Positions 29,201 to 45,300 of a stretch of DNA of 64,000 nt are shown piece by piece. The notes under the pieces were generated by a model. That model saw nothing but the letters and a program-made list of their open reading frames with translations, was not told the DNA's origin and did no database searches. Every line of letters starts with the position of its first letter. The first letter of the stretch is position 1. A program made the translations under genes and the position numbers. The DNA lies in contig CAXKVF010000002.1 in assembly GCA_964057225.1 (NCBI GenBank), positions 62,001-126,000 on the forward strand. Reading direction: 5' to 3'. Source of the stretch: Auanema rhodensis (lineage: Eukaryota; Animalia; Nematoda).

Positions 29201-30256
29201 AGAATATACAAAATCTTAGTATCTTCACTTGAAATGTACAACACAGTTTGAAATCGCAATATATTGTATCGAGGAAAAACTCAAGGAAGATGCATATTTA
29301 TCGTCTGTATTGCACATTTCAACACCGTGGAATGAAGTTGTAATATTTTTTTTTTCATATTTTCTTAAAGAATATACAAAACCTAAATATCTTCACTTGA
29401 AATGTACAACACAATTAGAAATCCCAATGTATTGTATCGAGGAAAAACTCAAGGAAGATGCATATTTATCGTCTGTATTGCACATTTCAACACCGTGGAA
29501 TGAAGTTTTAATACTGTTTTTTTCATATTTTCTTAGAGAATATACAAAACCTAAATATCTTCACTTGAAATGTACAACACAGTTTAAAATCGCAATATAT
29601 TGTATCGAGGAAAAACTCAAGGAAGATGCATATTTATCGTCTGTATTGCACATTTCAACACCGTGGAATGATGTTGTAATACTGTTTTTTTCATATTTTC
29701 TTAAAGAATATACAAAACCTAAATATGTTCACTTGAAATGTACAACACAATTAGAAATCGCAATATATTGTATCGAGGAAAAACTCAAGGAAGATGCATA
29801 TTTATCGTCTGTATTGCACATTTCAACACGGTGGAATGAAGTTGTAATATTTTTTTTTTCATATTTTCTTAAAGAATATACAAAACCTAAATATCTTCAC
29901 ATGAAATGTACAACACAATTAGAAATCGCAATATATTGTATCGAGGAAAAACTCAAGGAAGATGCATATTTATCGTCTGTATTGCACATTTCAACACCGT
30001 GGAATGATGTTGTAATACTGTTTTTTTCATATTTTCTTAAAGAATATACAAAACCTAAATATCTTCACTTGAAATGTACAACACAGTTTAAAATCGCAAT
30101 ATATTGTATCGAGGAAAAACTCAAGGAAGATGCATATTTATCGTCTGTATTGCACATTTCAACACCGTGGAATGAAGTTTTAATACTGTTTTTTTCATAT
30201 TTTCTTAGAGAATATACAAAACCTAAATATCTTCACTTGAAATGTACAACACAGTT
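26251..30256 (+). repeat. Near-tandem duplication at a 2,184-bp (13-monomer) offset: 26251-28072 matches 28435-30256
   Basis: ORF ends 26867/29051 and starts 27045/29229 differ by 2184. The rare marker atcccaatgt occurs at about 27237 and 29421. Two internal differences seen (27388 and 28862). Confidence 0.85.
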
Positions 30257-33200
30257 CAAAATCGCAAGGAAGATGCATATTTATCGTCTGTATTGCATAT
30301 TTCAACACCGTGGAATGAAGTTTTAATACTGTTTTTTTCATATTTTCTTAGAGAATATACAAAACCTAAATATCTTCACTTGAAATGTACAACACAGTTT
30401 AAAATCGCAATATATTGTATCGAGGAAAAACTCAAGGAAGATGCATATTTATCGTCTGTATTGCACATTTCAACACGGTGGAATGAAGTTGTAATATTTT
30501 TTTTTCATATTTTCTTAAAGAATATACAAAACCTAAATATCTTCACATGAAATGTACAACACAATTAGAAATTGCAATATATTGTATCGAGGAAAAACTC
30601 AAGGAAGATGCATATTTATCGTCTGTATTGCACATTTCAACACCGTGGAATGAAGTTGTAATACTGTTTTTTTCATATTTTCTTAAAGAATATACAAAAC
30701 CTAAATATCTTCACTTGAAATGTACAACACAGTTTAAAATCGCAATATATTGTATCGAGAAAAAACTCGAGGAAGATGCATATTTATCGTCTGTGTTGCA
30801 CATTTCAACACGGTGGAATGAAGTTGTAATATTTTTTTTTTCATATTTTCTTAAAGATTATACAAAACCTAAATATCTTCACTTGAAATGTACAACACAA
30901 TTAGAAATCGCAATATATTGTATCGAGGAAAAACTCAAGGAAGATGCATATTTATCGTCTGTATTGCACATTTGAACACCGTGATATGAAGTTGTAATAC
31001 TGTTTTTTTCATATTTTCTTAAAGAATATACAAAACCTAAATATGTTCACTTGAAATGTACAACACAATTAGAAATCGCAATATATTGTATCGAGGAAAA
31101 ACTCAAGGAAGATGCATATTTATCGTCTGTATTGCACATTTCAACACGGTGGAATGAAGTTGTAATATTTTTTTTTTCATATTTTCTTAAAGAATATACA
31201 AAACCTAAATATCTTCACATGAAATGTACAACACAATTAGAAATCGCAATATATTGTATCGAGGAAAAACTCAAGGAAGATGCATATTTATCGTCTGTAT
31301 TGCACATTTCAACACCGTGGAATGATGTTGTAATACTGTTTTTTTCATATTTTCTTAAAGAATATACAAAACCTAAATATCTTCACTTGAAATGTACAAC
31401 ACAGTTTAAAATCGCAATATATTGTATCGAGAAAAAACTCGAGGAAGATGCATATTTATCGTCTGTGTTGCACATTTCAACACGGTGGAATGAAGTTGTA
31501 ATATTTTTTTTTTCATATTTTCTTAAAGAATATACAAAACCTAAATATCTTCACATGAAATGTACAACACAATTAGAAATCGCAATATATTGTATCCAGG
31601 AAAAACTCAAGGAAGATGCATATTTATCGTCTGTATTGCACATTTCAACACGGTGGAATGAAGTTATAATATTTTTTTTTTCATATTTTCTTAAAGAATA
31701 TACAAAACCTAAATATCTTCACTTGAAATGTACAACACAGTTTAAAATCGCAATATATTGTATCGAGAAAAAACTCGAGGAAGATGCATATTTATCGTCT
31801 GTGTTGCACATTTCAACACGGTGGAATGAAGTTGTAATATTTTTTTTTTCATATTTTCTTAAAGAATATACAAAACCTAAATATCTTCACATGAAATGTA
31901 CAACACAATTAGAAATCGCAATATATTGTATCCAGGAAAAACTCAAGGAAGATGCATATTTATCGTCTGTATTGCACATTTCAACACCGTGGTATGAAGT
32001 TGTAATACTGTTTTTTTCATATTTTCTTAAAGAATATACAAAACCTAAATATCTTCATTTGAAATGTACAACACAGTTTAAAATCGCAATATATTGTATC
32101 GAGAAAAAACTCGAGGAAGATGCATATTTATCGTCTGTGTTGCACATTTCAACACGGTGGAATGAAGTTGTAATATTTTTTTTTTCATATTTTCTTAAAG
32201 AATATACAAAACCTAAATATCTTCACATGAAATGTACAACACAATTAGAAATCGCAATATATTGTATCGAGGAAAAACTCAAGGAAGATACATATTTATC
32301 GTCTGTATTGCACATTTCAACACCGTGGAATGAAGTTGTAATATTTTTTTTTCATATTTTCTTAAAGAATATACAAAACCTAAATATCTTCACATGAAAT
32401 GTACAACACAATTAGAAATTGCAATATATTGTGTCGAGGAAAAACTCAAGGTAGATGCATATTTATCGTCTGTATTGCACATTTCAACACCGTGGAATGA
32501 AGTTGTAATATTTTTTTTTTCATATTTTCTTAAAGAATATACAAAACCTTAGTATTTTCACTTGAAATGTACAACACAATTAGAAAACGCAATATATTGT
32601 ATCGAGGAAAAACTCAAGGAAGATGCATATTTATCGTCTGTATTGCACATTTCAACACCGTGGAATGAAGTTGTAATACTGTTTTTTTCATATTTTCTTA
32701 AAGAATATACAAAACCTAAATATCTTCACTTGAAATGTACAACACAGTTTAAAATCGCAATATATTGTATCGAGAAAAAACTCAAGGAAGATGCATATTT
32801 ATCGTCTGTATTGCACATTTCAACACGGTGGAATGAAGTTGTAATATTTTTTTTTTCATATTTTCTTAAAGAATATACAAAACCTTAGTATTTTCACTTG
32901 AAATGTACAACACAATTAGAAAACGCAATATATTGTATCGAGAAAAAACTCAAGGAAGATGCATATTTATCGTCTGTATTGCACATTTCAACACCGTGGA
33001 ATGAAGTTGTAATATTTTTTTTTTCATATTTTCTTAAAGAATATACAAAACCTTAGTATTTTCACTTGAAATGTACAACACAATTAGAAAACGCAATATA
33101 TTGTATCGAGGAAAAACTCAAGGAAGATGCATATTTATCGTCTGTATTGCACATTTCAACACCGTGGAATGAAGTTGTAATACTGTTTTTTTCATATTTT

Positions 33201-36200
33201 CTTAAAGAATATACAAAACCTAAATATCTTCACTTGAAATGTACAACACAGTTTAAAATCGCAATATATTGTATCGAGAAAAAACTCAAGGAAGATGCAT
33301 ATTTATCGTCTGTATTGCACATTTCAACACGGTGGAATGAAGTTGTAATATTTTTTTTTTTCATATTTTCTTAAAGAATATACAAAACCTTAGTATCTTC
33401 ACTTGAAATGTACAACACAATTAGAAAACGCAATATATTGTATCGAGGAAAAACTCAAGGAAGATGCATATTTATCGTCTGTATTGCACATTTCAACACC
33501 GTGGAATGAAGTTGTAATACTGTTTTTTTCATATTTTCTTAAAGAATATACAAAACCTAAATATCTTCATTTGAAATGTACAACACAGTTTAAAATCGCA
33601 ATATATTGTATCGAGAAAAAACTCGAGGAAGATGCATATTTATCGTCTGTGTTGCACATTTCAACACGGTGGAATGAAGTTGTAATATTTTTTTTTTCAT
33701 ATTTTCTTAAAGAATATACAAAACCTAAATATCTTCACATGAAATGTACAACACAATTAGAAATCGCAATATATTGTATCGAGGAAAAACTCAAGGAAGA
33801 TACATATTTATCGTCTGTATTGCACATTTCAACACCGTGGAATGAAGTTGTAATATTTTTTTTTCATATTTTCTTAAAGAATATACAAAACCTAAATATC
33901 TTCACATGAAATGTACAACACAATTAGAAATTGCAATATATTGTGTCGAGGAAAAACTCAAGGTAGATGCATATTTATCGTCTGTATTGCACATTTCAAC
34001 ACCGTGGAATGAAGTTGTAATACTGTTTTTTTCATATTTTCTTAAAGAATATACAAAACCTTAGTATTTTCACTTGAAATGTACAACACAATTAGAAAAC
34101 GCAATATATTGTATCGAGGAAAAACTCAAGGAAGATGCATATTTATCGTCTGTATTGCACATTTCAACACCGTGGAATGAAGTTGTAATACTGTTTTTTT
34201 CATATTTTCTTAAAGAATATACAAAACCTAAATATTTTCACTTGAAATGTACAACACAGTTTAAAATCGCAATATATTGTATCGAGAAAAAACTCGAGGA
34301 AGATGCATATTTATCGTCTGTGTTGCACATTTCAACACGGTGGAATGAAGTTGTAATATTTTTTTTTTTCATATTTTCTTAAAGAATATACAAAACCTAA
34401 ATATCTTCACATGAAATGTACAACACAATTAGAAATCGCAATATATTGTATCGAGGAAAAACTCAAGGAAGATACATATTTATCGTCTGTATTGCACATT
34501 TCAACACCGTGGAATGTAGTTGTAATATTTTTTTTTTCATATTTTCTTAAAGAATATACAAAACCTAAATATCTTCACATGAAATGTACAACACAATTAG
34601 AAATTGCAATATATTGTGTCTAGGAAAAACTCAAGGTAGATGCATATTTATCGTCTGTATTGCACATTTCAACACGGTGGAATGAAGTTGTAATATTTTT
34701 TTTTTCATATTTTCTTAAAGAATATACAAAACCTTAGTATTTTCACTTGAAATGTACAACACAATTAGAAAACGCAATATATTGTATCGAGGAAAAACTC
34801 AAGGAAGATGCATATTTATCGTCTGTATTGCACATTTCAACACCGTGGTATGAAGTTGTAATACTGTTTTTTTCATATTTTCTTAAAGAATATACAAAAC
34901 CTAAATATCTTCACTTGAAATGTACAACACAGTTTAAAATCACAATATATTGTATCGAGAAAAAACTCAAGGAAGATGCATATTTATCGTCTGTATTGCA
35001 CATTTCAACACCGTGGTATGAAGTTGTAATACTGTTTTTTTCATATTTTCTCAAGGAATATACAAAACCTAAATATCTTCACATGAAATGTACAACACAA
35101 TTAGAAATTGCAATATATTGTGTCTAGGAAAAACTCAAGGTAGATGCATATTTATCGTCTGTATTGCACATTTCAACACGGTGGAATGAAGTTGTAATAT
35201 ATTTTTTTTCATATTTTCTTAAAGAATATACAAAACCTTAGTATTTTCACTTGAAATGTACAACACAATTAGAAAACGCAATATATTGTATCGAGGAAAA
35301 ACTCAAGGAAGATGCATATTTATCGTCTGTATTGCACATTTCAACACCGTGGTATGATGTTGTAATACTGTTTTTTTCATATTTTCTTAAAGAATATACA
35401 AAACCTAAATATCTTCACTTGAAATGTACAACACAATTAGAAATCGCAATATATTGTATCGAGGAAAAACTCAAGGAAGATGCATATTTATCGTCTGTAT
35501 TGCACATTTCAACACCGTGGTATGAAGTTGTAATACTGTTTTTTTCATATTTTCTTAAAGAATATACAAAACCTTAATATGTTCACTTGAAATTTACAAC
35601 ACAATTAGAAATCGCAATATATTGTATCGAGGAAAAACTCAAGGAAGATGCATATTTATCGTCTGTATTGCACATTTCAACACCGTGGAATGAAGTTTTA
35701 ATACTGTTTTTTTCATATTTTCTTAGAGAATATACAAAACCTAAATATCTTCACTTGAAATGTACAACACAGTTTAAAATCGCAATATATTGTATCGAGG
35801 AAAAACTCAAGGAAGATGCATATTTATCGTCTGTATTGCACATTTCAACACGGTGGAATGAAGTTGTAATATTTTTTTTTTCATATTTTCTTAAAGAATA
35901 TACAAAACCTAAATATCTTCACATGAAATGTACAACACAATTAGAAATCGCAATATATTGTATCGAGGAAAAACTCAAGGAAGATGCATATTTATCGTCT
36001 GTATTGCACATTTCAACACCGTGGAATGAAGTTGTAATACTGTTTTTTTCATATTTTCTTAAAGAATATACAAAACCTAAATATTTTCACTTGAAATGTA
36101 CAACACAGTTTAAAATCGCAATATATTGTATCGAGAAAAAACTCGAGGAAGATGCATATTTATCGTCTGTGTTGCACATTTCAACACGGTGGAATGAAGT

Positions 36201-39200
36201 TGTAATATTTTTTTTTTTCATATTTTCTTAAAGAATATACAAAACCTAAATATCTTCACATGAAATGTACAACACAATTAGAAATCGCAATATATTGTAT
36301 CGAGGAAAAACTCAAGGAAGATGCATATTTATCGTCTGTATTGCACATTTCAACACCGTGGTATGATGTTGTAATACTGTTTTTTTCATATTTTCTTAAA
36401 GAATATACAAAACCTAAATATCTTCACTTGAAATGTACAACACAGTTTAAAATTGCAATATATTGTATCGAGGAAAAACTCAAGGAAGATGCATATTTAT
36501 CGTCTGTATTGCACATTTCAACACCGTGGAATGAAGTTGTAATATTTTTTTTTTCATATTTTCTTAAAGAATATACAAAACCTAAATATCTTCACTTGAA
36601 ATGTACAACACAATTAGAAAACGCAATATATTGTATCGAGGAAAAACTCAAGGAAGATGCATATTTATCGTCTGTATTGCACATTTCAACACCGTGGTAT
36701 GAAGTTGTAATACTGTTTTTTTCATATTTTCTTAAAGAATATACAGTACCTAAATATCTTCACATGAAATGTACAACACAATTAGAAATTGCAATATATT
36801 GTGTCGAGGAAAAACTCAAGGTAGATGCATATTTATCGTCTGTATTGCACATTTCAACACCGTGGAATGAAGTTTTAATACTGTTTTTTTCATATTTTCT
36901 TAGAGAATATACAAAACCTAAATATCTTCACTTGAAATGTACAACACAGTTTAAAATCGCAATATATTGTATCGAGGAAAAACTCAAGGAAGATGCATAT
37001 TTATCGTCTGTATTGCACATTTCAACACCGTGGTATGATGTTGTAATACTGTTTTTTTCATATTTTCTTAAAGAATATACAAAACCTAAATATCTTCACT
37101 TGAAATGTACAACACAGTTTAAAATCGCAATATATTGTATCGAGGAAAAACTCAAGGAAGATGCATATTTATCGTCTGTATTGCACATTTCAACACCGTG
37201 GAATGAAGTTGTAATATTTTTTTTTCATATTTTCTTAAAGAATATACAAAACCTTAGTATCTTCACTTGAAATGTAAAATACAGTTTAAAATCGCAATAT
37301 ATTGTATCGAGGAAAAACTGGAGGAAGATGCATATTATCGTCTGTATTGCACATTTCAACACCGTGGAATGAAGTTGTAATATTTTTTTTTTCATAGTTT
37401 CTTAAAGAATATACAAAACCTAAATATCTTCACATGAAATGTACAACACAATTAGAAATCGCAATATATTGTATCGAGGAAAAACTCAAGGAAGATGCAT
37501 ATTTATCGTCTGTATTGCACATTTCAACACTGTGAAATGAAGTTGTAATATTTTTTTTTTCATATTTTCTTAAAGAATATACAAAACCTAAATATCTTCA
37601 TATGAAATGTACAACACAATTAGAAATCGCAATATATTGTATCGAGGAAAAACTCAAGGAAGATGCATATTTATCGTCTGTATTGCACATTTCAACACCG
37701 TGGAATGAAGTTGTAATATTTTTTTTTTCATATTTTCTTAAAGAATATACAAAACCTAAATATCTTCACTTGAAATGTACAACACAATTAGAAAACGCAA
37801 TATATTGTATCGAGGAAAAACTCAAGGAAGATGCATATTTATCGTCTGTATTGCACATTTCAACACCGTGGTATGAAGTTGTAATACTGTTTTTTTCATA
37901 TTTTCTTAAAGAATATACAAAACCTAAATATCTTCACATGAAATGTACAACACAATTAGAAATTGCAATATATTGTGTCGAGGAAAAACTCAAGGTAGAT
38001 GCATATTTATCGTCTGTATTGCACATTTCAACACCGTGGAATGAAGTTTTAATACTGTTTTTTTCATATTTTCTTAGAGAATATACAAAACCTAAATATC
38101 TTCACTTGAAATGTACAACACAGTTTAAAATCGCAATATATTGTATCGAGGAAAAACTCAAGGAAGATGCATATTTATCGTCTGTATTGTACATTTCAAC
38201 ACCGTGGTATGATGTTGTAATACTGTTTTTTTCATATTTTCTTAAAGAATATACAAAACCTAAATATCTTCACTTGAAATGTACAACACAGTTTAAAATT
38301 GCAATATATTGTATCGAGGAAAAACTCAAGGAAGATGCATATTTATCGTCTGTATTGCACATTTCAACACGGTGGAATGAAGTTGTAATATTTTTTTTTT
38401 CATATTTTCTTAAAGAATATACAAAACCTAAATATCTTCACATGAAATGTACAACACAATTAGAAATCGCAATATATTGTATCGAGGAAAAACTCAAGGA
38501 AGATGCATATTTATCGTCTGTATTGCACATTTCAACACCGTGGAATGAAGTTGTAATACTGTTTTTTTCATATTTTCTTAAAGAATATACAAAACCTAAA
38601 TATTTTCACTTGAAATGTACAACACAGTTTAAAATCGCAATATATTGTATCGAGAAAAAACTCGAGGAAGATGCATATTTATCGTCTGTGTTGCACATTT
38701 CAACACGGTGGAATGAAGTTGTAATATTTTTTTTTTCATATTTTCTTAAAGAATATACAAAACCTAAATATCTTCACTTGAAATGTACAACACAATTAGA
38801 AATTGCAATATATTGTGTCTAGGAAAAACTCAAGGTAGATGCATATTTATCGTCTGTATTGCACATTTCAACACGGTGGAATGAAGTTGTAATATTTTTT
38901 TTTTCATATTTTCTTAAAGAATATACAAAACCTTAGTATTTTCACTTGAAATGTACAACACAATTAGAAAACGCAATATATTGTATCGAGGAAAAACTCA
39001 AGGAAGATGCATATTTATCGTCTGTATTGCACATTTCAACACCGTGGAATGAAGTTGTAATACTGTTTTTTTCATATTTTCTTAAAGAATATACAAAACC
39101 TAAATATCTTCACTTGAAATGTACAACACAGTTTAAAATCGCAATATATTGTATCGAGAAAAAACTCAAGGAAGATGCATATTTATCGTCTGTATTGCAC

Positions 39201-42200
39201 ATTTCAACACGGTGGAATGAAGTTGTAATATTTTTTTTTTTCATATTTTCTTAAAGAATATACAAAACCTTAGTATCTTCACTTGAAATGTACAACACAA
39301 TTAGAAAACGCAATATATTGTATCGAGGAAAAACTCAAGGAAGATGCATATTTATCGTCTGTATTGCACATTTCAACACCGTGGAATGAAGTTGTAATAC
39401 TGTTTTTTTCATATTTTCTTAAAGAATATACAAAACCTAAATATCTTCATTTGAAATGTACAACACAGTTTAAAATCGCAATATATTGTATCGAGAAAAA
39501 ACTCGAGGAAGATGCATATTTATCGTCTGTGTTGCACATTTCAACACGGTGGAATGAAGTTGTAATATTTTTTTTTTCATATTTTCTTAAAGAATATACA
39601 AAACCTAAATATCTTCACATGAAATGTACAACACAATTAGAAATCGCAATATATTGTATCGAGGAAAAACTCAAGGAAGATACATATTTATCGTCTGTAT
39701 TGCACATTTCAACACCGTGGAATGAAGTTGTAATATTTTTTTTTTCATATTTTCTTAAAGAATATACAAAACCTAAATATCTTCACATGAAATGTACAAC
39801 ACAATTAGAAATTGCAATATATTGTGTCGAGGAAAAACTCAAGGTAGATGCATATTTATCGTCTGTATTGCACATTTCAACACCGTGGAATGAAGTTGTA
39901 ATACTGTTTTTTTCATATTTTCTTAAAGAATATACAAAACCTTAGTATTTTCACTTGAAATGTACAACACAATTAGAAAACGCAATATATTGTATCGAGG
40001 AAAAACTCAAGGAAGATGCATATTTATCGTCTGTATTGCACATTTCAACACCGTGGAATGAAGTTGTAATACTGTTTTTTTCATATTTTCTTAAAGAATA
40101 TACAAAACCTAAATATCTTCACTTGAAATGTACAACACAGTTTAAAATCGCAATATATTGTATCGAGAAAAAACTCAAGGAAGATGCATATTTATCGTCT
40201 GTGTTGCACATTTCAACACGGTGGAATGAAGTTGTAATATTTTTTTTTTCATATTTTCTTAAAGAATATACAAAACCTAAATATCTTCACTTGAAATGTA
40301 CAACACAATTAGAAATTGCAATATATTGTGTCTAGGAAAAACTCAAGGTAGATGCATATTTATCGTCTGTATTGCACATTTCAACACGGTGGAATGAAGT
40401 TGTAATATTTTTTTTTTCATATTTTCTTAAAGAATATACAAAACCTTAGTATTTTCACTTGAAATGTACAACACAATTAGAAAACGCAATATATTGTATC
40501 GAGGAAAAACTCAAGGAAGATGCATATTTATCGTCTGTATTGCACATTTCAACACCGTGGAATGAAGTTGTAATACTGTTTTTTTCATATTTTCTTAAAG
40601 AATATACAAAACCTAAATATCTTCACTTGAAATGTACAACACAGTTTAAAATCGCAATATATTGTATCGAGAAAAAACTCAAGGAAGATGCATATTTATC
40701 GTCTGTATTGCACATTTCAACACGGTGGAATGAAGTTGTAATATTTTTTTTTTTCATATTTTCTTAAAGAATATACAAAACCTTAGTATCTTCACTTGAA
40801 ATGTACAACACAATTAGAAAACGCAATATATTGTATCGAGGAAAAACTCAAGGAAGATGCATATTTATCGTCTGTATTGCACATTTCAACACCGTGGAAT
40901 GAAGTTGTAATACTGTTTTTTTCATATTTTCTTAAAGAATATACAAAACCTAAATATCTTCATTTGAAATGTACAACACAGTTTAAAATCGCAATATATT
41001 GTATCGAGAAAAAACTCGAGGAAGATGCATATTTATCGTCTGTGTTGCACATTTCAACACGGTGGAATGAAGTTGTAATATTTTTTTTTTCATATTTTCT
41101 TAAAGAATATACAAAACCTAAATATCTTCACATGAAATGTACAACACAATTAGAAATCGCAATATATTGTATCGAGGAAAAACTCAAGGAAGATACATAT
41201 TTATCGTCTGTATTGCACATTTCAACACCGTGGAATGAAGTTGTAATATTTTTTTTTTCATATTTTCTTAAAGAATATACAAAACCTTAGTATTTTCACT
41301 TGAAATGTACAACACAATTAGAAAACGCAATATATTGTATCGAGGAAAAACTCAAGGAAGATGCATATTTATCGTCTGTATTGCACATTTCAACACCGTG
41401 GTATGAAGTTGTAATACTGTTTTTTTCATATTTTCTTAAAGAATATACAAAATCTTAGTATCTTCACTTGAAATGTACAACACAGTTTGAAATCGCAATA
41501 TATTGTATCGAGGAAAAACTCAAGGAAGATGCATATTTATCGTCTGTATTGCACATTTCAACACCGTGGAATGAAGTTGTAATATTTTTTTTTTTCATAT
41601 TTTCTTAAAGAATATACAAAACCTTAGTATTTTCACTTGAAATGTACAACACAATTAGAAAACGCAATATATTGTATCGAGGAAAAACTCAAGGAAGATG
41701 CATATTTATCGTCTGTATTGCACATTTCAACACGGTGGAATGAAGTTGTAATATTTTTTTTTTCATATTTTCTTAAAGAATATACAAAACCTAAATATCT
41801 TCACATGAAATGTACAACACAATTAGAAATCGCAATATATTGTATCGAGGAAAAACTCAAGGAAGATGCATATTTATCGTCTGTATTGCACATTTCAACA
41901 CCGTGATATGAAGTTGTAATACTGTTTTTTTCATATTTTCTTAAAGAATATACAAAACCTAAATATCTTCACATGAAATGTACAACACAATTAGAAATCG
42001 CAATATATTGTATCGAGGAAAAACTCAAGGAAGATGCATATTTATCGTCTGTATTGCACATTTCAACACCGTGGAATGAAGTTGTAATACTGTTTTTTTC
42101 ATATTTTCTTAAAGAATATACAAAACCTAAATATTTTCACTTGAAATGTACAACACAATTAGAAATCGCAATATATTGTATCGAGGAAAAACTCAAGGAA

Positions 42201-42363
42201 GATGCATATTTATCGTCTGTATTGCACATTTCAACACCGTGGAATGAAGTTGTAATACTGTTTTTTTCATATTTTCTTAAAGAATATACAAAACCTAAAT
42301 ATTTTCACTTGAAATGTACAACACAGTTTAAAATCGCAATATATTGTATCGAGAAAAAACTCG

Positions 42364-45300
42364 AGGAAGATGCATATTTATCGTCTGTATTGCACATTTC
42401 AACACGGTGGAATGAAGTTGTAATATTTTTTTTTTTCATATTTTCTTAAAGAATATACAAAACCTGAATATCTTCACATGAAATGTACAACACAATTAGA
42501 AATCGCAATATATTGTATCGAGGAAAAACTCAAGGAAGATACATATTTATCGTCTGTATTGCACATTTCAACACCGTGGAATGAAGTTGTAATATTTTTT
42601 TTTTCATATTTTCTTAAAGAATATACAAAACCTAAATATTTTCACTTGAAATGTACAACACAGTTTAAAATCGCAATATATTGTATCGAGAAAAAACTCG
42701 AGGAAGATGCATATTTATCGTCTGTGTTGCACATTTCAACACGGTGGAATGAAGTTGTAATATTTTTTTTTTCATATTTTCTTAAAGAATATACAAAACC
42801 TAAATATCTTCACATGAAATGTACAACACAATTAGAAAACGCAATATATTGTATCGAGGAAAAACTCAAGGAAGATGCATATTTATCGTCTGTATTGCAC
42901 ATTTCAACACCGTGGTATGAAGTTGTAATACTGTTTTTTTCATATTTTCTTAAAGAATATACAAAACCTAAATATCTTCACTTGAAATGTACAACACAGT
43001 TTAAAATCGCAATATATTGTATCGAGAAAAAACTCAAGGAAGATGCATATTTATCGTCTGTATTGCACATTTCAACACCGTGGAATGAAGTTGTAATATT
43101 TTTTTTTTCATATTTTCTTGAAGAATATACAAAACCTTAGTATTTTCACTTGAAATGTACAACACAATTAGAAAACGCAATATATTGTATCGAGGAAAAA
43201 CTCAAGGAAGATGCATATTTATCGTCTGTATTGCACATTTCAACACCGTGGTATGAAGTTGTAATACTGTTTTTTTCATATTTTCTTAAAGAATATACAA
43301 AACCTGAATATCTTCACTTGAAATGTACAACACAGTTTAAAATCGCAATATATTGTATCGAGAAAAAACTCAAGGAAGATGCATATTTATCGTCTGTATT
43401 GCACATTTCAACACCGTGGTATGAAGTTGTAATACTGTTTTTTTCATATTTTCTTAAGGAATATACAAAACCTAAATATCTTCACATGAAATGTACAACA
43501 CAATTAGAAATTGCAATATATTGTGTCTAGGAAAAACTCAAGGTAGATGCATATTTATCGTCTGTATTGCACATTTCAAAACGGTGGAATGAAGTTGTAA
43601 TATTTTTTTTTCATATTTTCTTAAAGAATATACAAAACCTTAGTATTTTCACTTGAAATGTACAACACAATTAGAAAACGCAATATATTGTATCGAGGAA
43701 AAACTCAAGGAAGATGCATATTTATCGTCTGTATTGCACATTTCAACACCGTGGTATGAAGTTGTAATACTGTTTTTTTCATATTTTCTTAAAGAATATA
43801 CAAAACCTAAATATCTTCACTTGAAATGTACAACACAGTTTAAAATCGCAATATATTGTATCGAGAAAAAACTCAAGGAAGATGCATATTTATCGTCTGT
43901 ATTGCACATTTAAACACCGTGGAATGAAGTTGTAATATTTTTTTTTTCATATTTTCTTGAAGAATATACAAAACCTTAGTATTTTCACTTGAAATGTACA
44001 ACACAATTAGAAAACGCAATATATTGTATCGAGGAAAAACTCAAGGAAGATGCATATTTATCGTCTGTATTGCACATTTCAACACGGTGGAATGAAGTTG
44101 TAATATTTTTTTTTTCATATTTTCTTAAAGAATATACAAAACCTAAATATCTTCACATGAAATGTACAACACAATTAGAAATCGCAATATATTGTATCGA
44201 GGAAAAACTCAAGGAAGATGCATATTTATCGTCTGTATTGCACATTTCAACACCGTGGAATGATGTTGTAATACTGTTTTTTTCATATTTTCTTAAAGAA
44301 TATACAAAACCTAAATATCTTCACTTGAAATGTACAACACAGTTTAAAATCGCAATATATTGTATCGAGGAAAAACTCAAGGAAGATGCATATTTATCGT
44401 CTGTATTGCACATTTCAACACCGTGGAATGAAGTTTTAATACTGTTTTTTTCATATTTTCTTAGAGAATATACAAAACCTAAATATCTTCACTTGAAATG
44501 TACAACACAGTTCAAAATCGCAAGGAAGATGCATATTTATCGTCTGTATTGCACATTTCAACACCGTGGAATGAAGTTTTAATACTGTTTTTTTCATATT
44601 TTCTTAGAGAATATACAAAACCTAAATATCTTCACTTGAAATGTACAACACAGTTTAAAATCGCAATATATTGTATCGAGGAAAAACTCAAGGAAGATGC
44701 ATATTTATCGTCTGTATTGCACATTTCAACACGGTGGAATGAAGTTGTAATATTTTTTTTTCATATTTTCTTAAAGAATATACAAAACCTAAATATCTTC
44801 ACATGAAATGTACAACACAATTAGAAATTGCAATATATTGTATCGAGGAAAAACTCAAGGAAGATGCATATTTATCGTCTGTATTGCACATTTCAACACC
44901 GTGGAATGAAGTTGTAATACTGTTTTTTTCATATTTTCTTAAAGAATATACAAAACCTAAATATCTTCACTTGAAATGTACAACACAGTTTAAAATCGCA
45001 ATATATTGTATCGAGAAAAAACTCGAGGAAGATGCATATTTATCGTCTGTGTTGCACATTTCAACACGGTGGAATGAAGTTGTAATATTTTTTTTTTCAT
45101 ATTTTCTTAAAGAATATACAAAACCTAAATATCTTCACTTGAAATGTACAACACAATTAGAAATCGCAATATATTGTATCGAGGAAAAACTCAAGGAAGA
45201 TGCATATTTATCGTCTGTATTGCACATTTGAACACCGTGATATGAAGTTGTAATACTGTTTTTTTCATATTTTCTTAAAGAATATACAAAACCTAAATAT

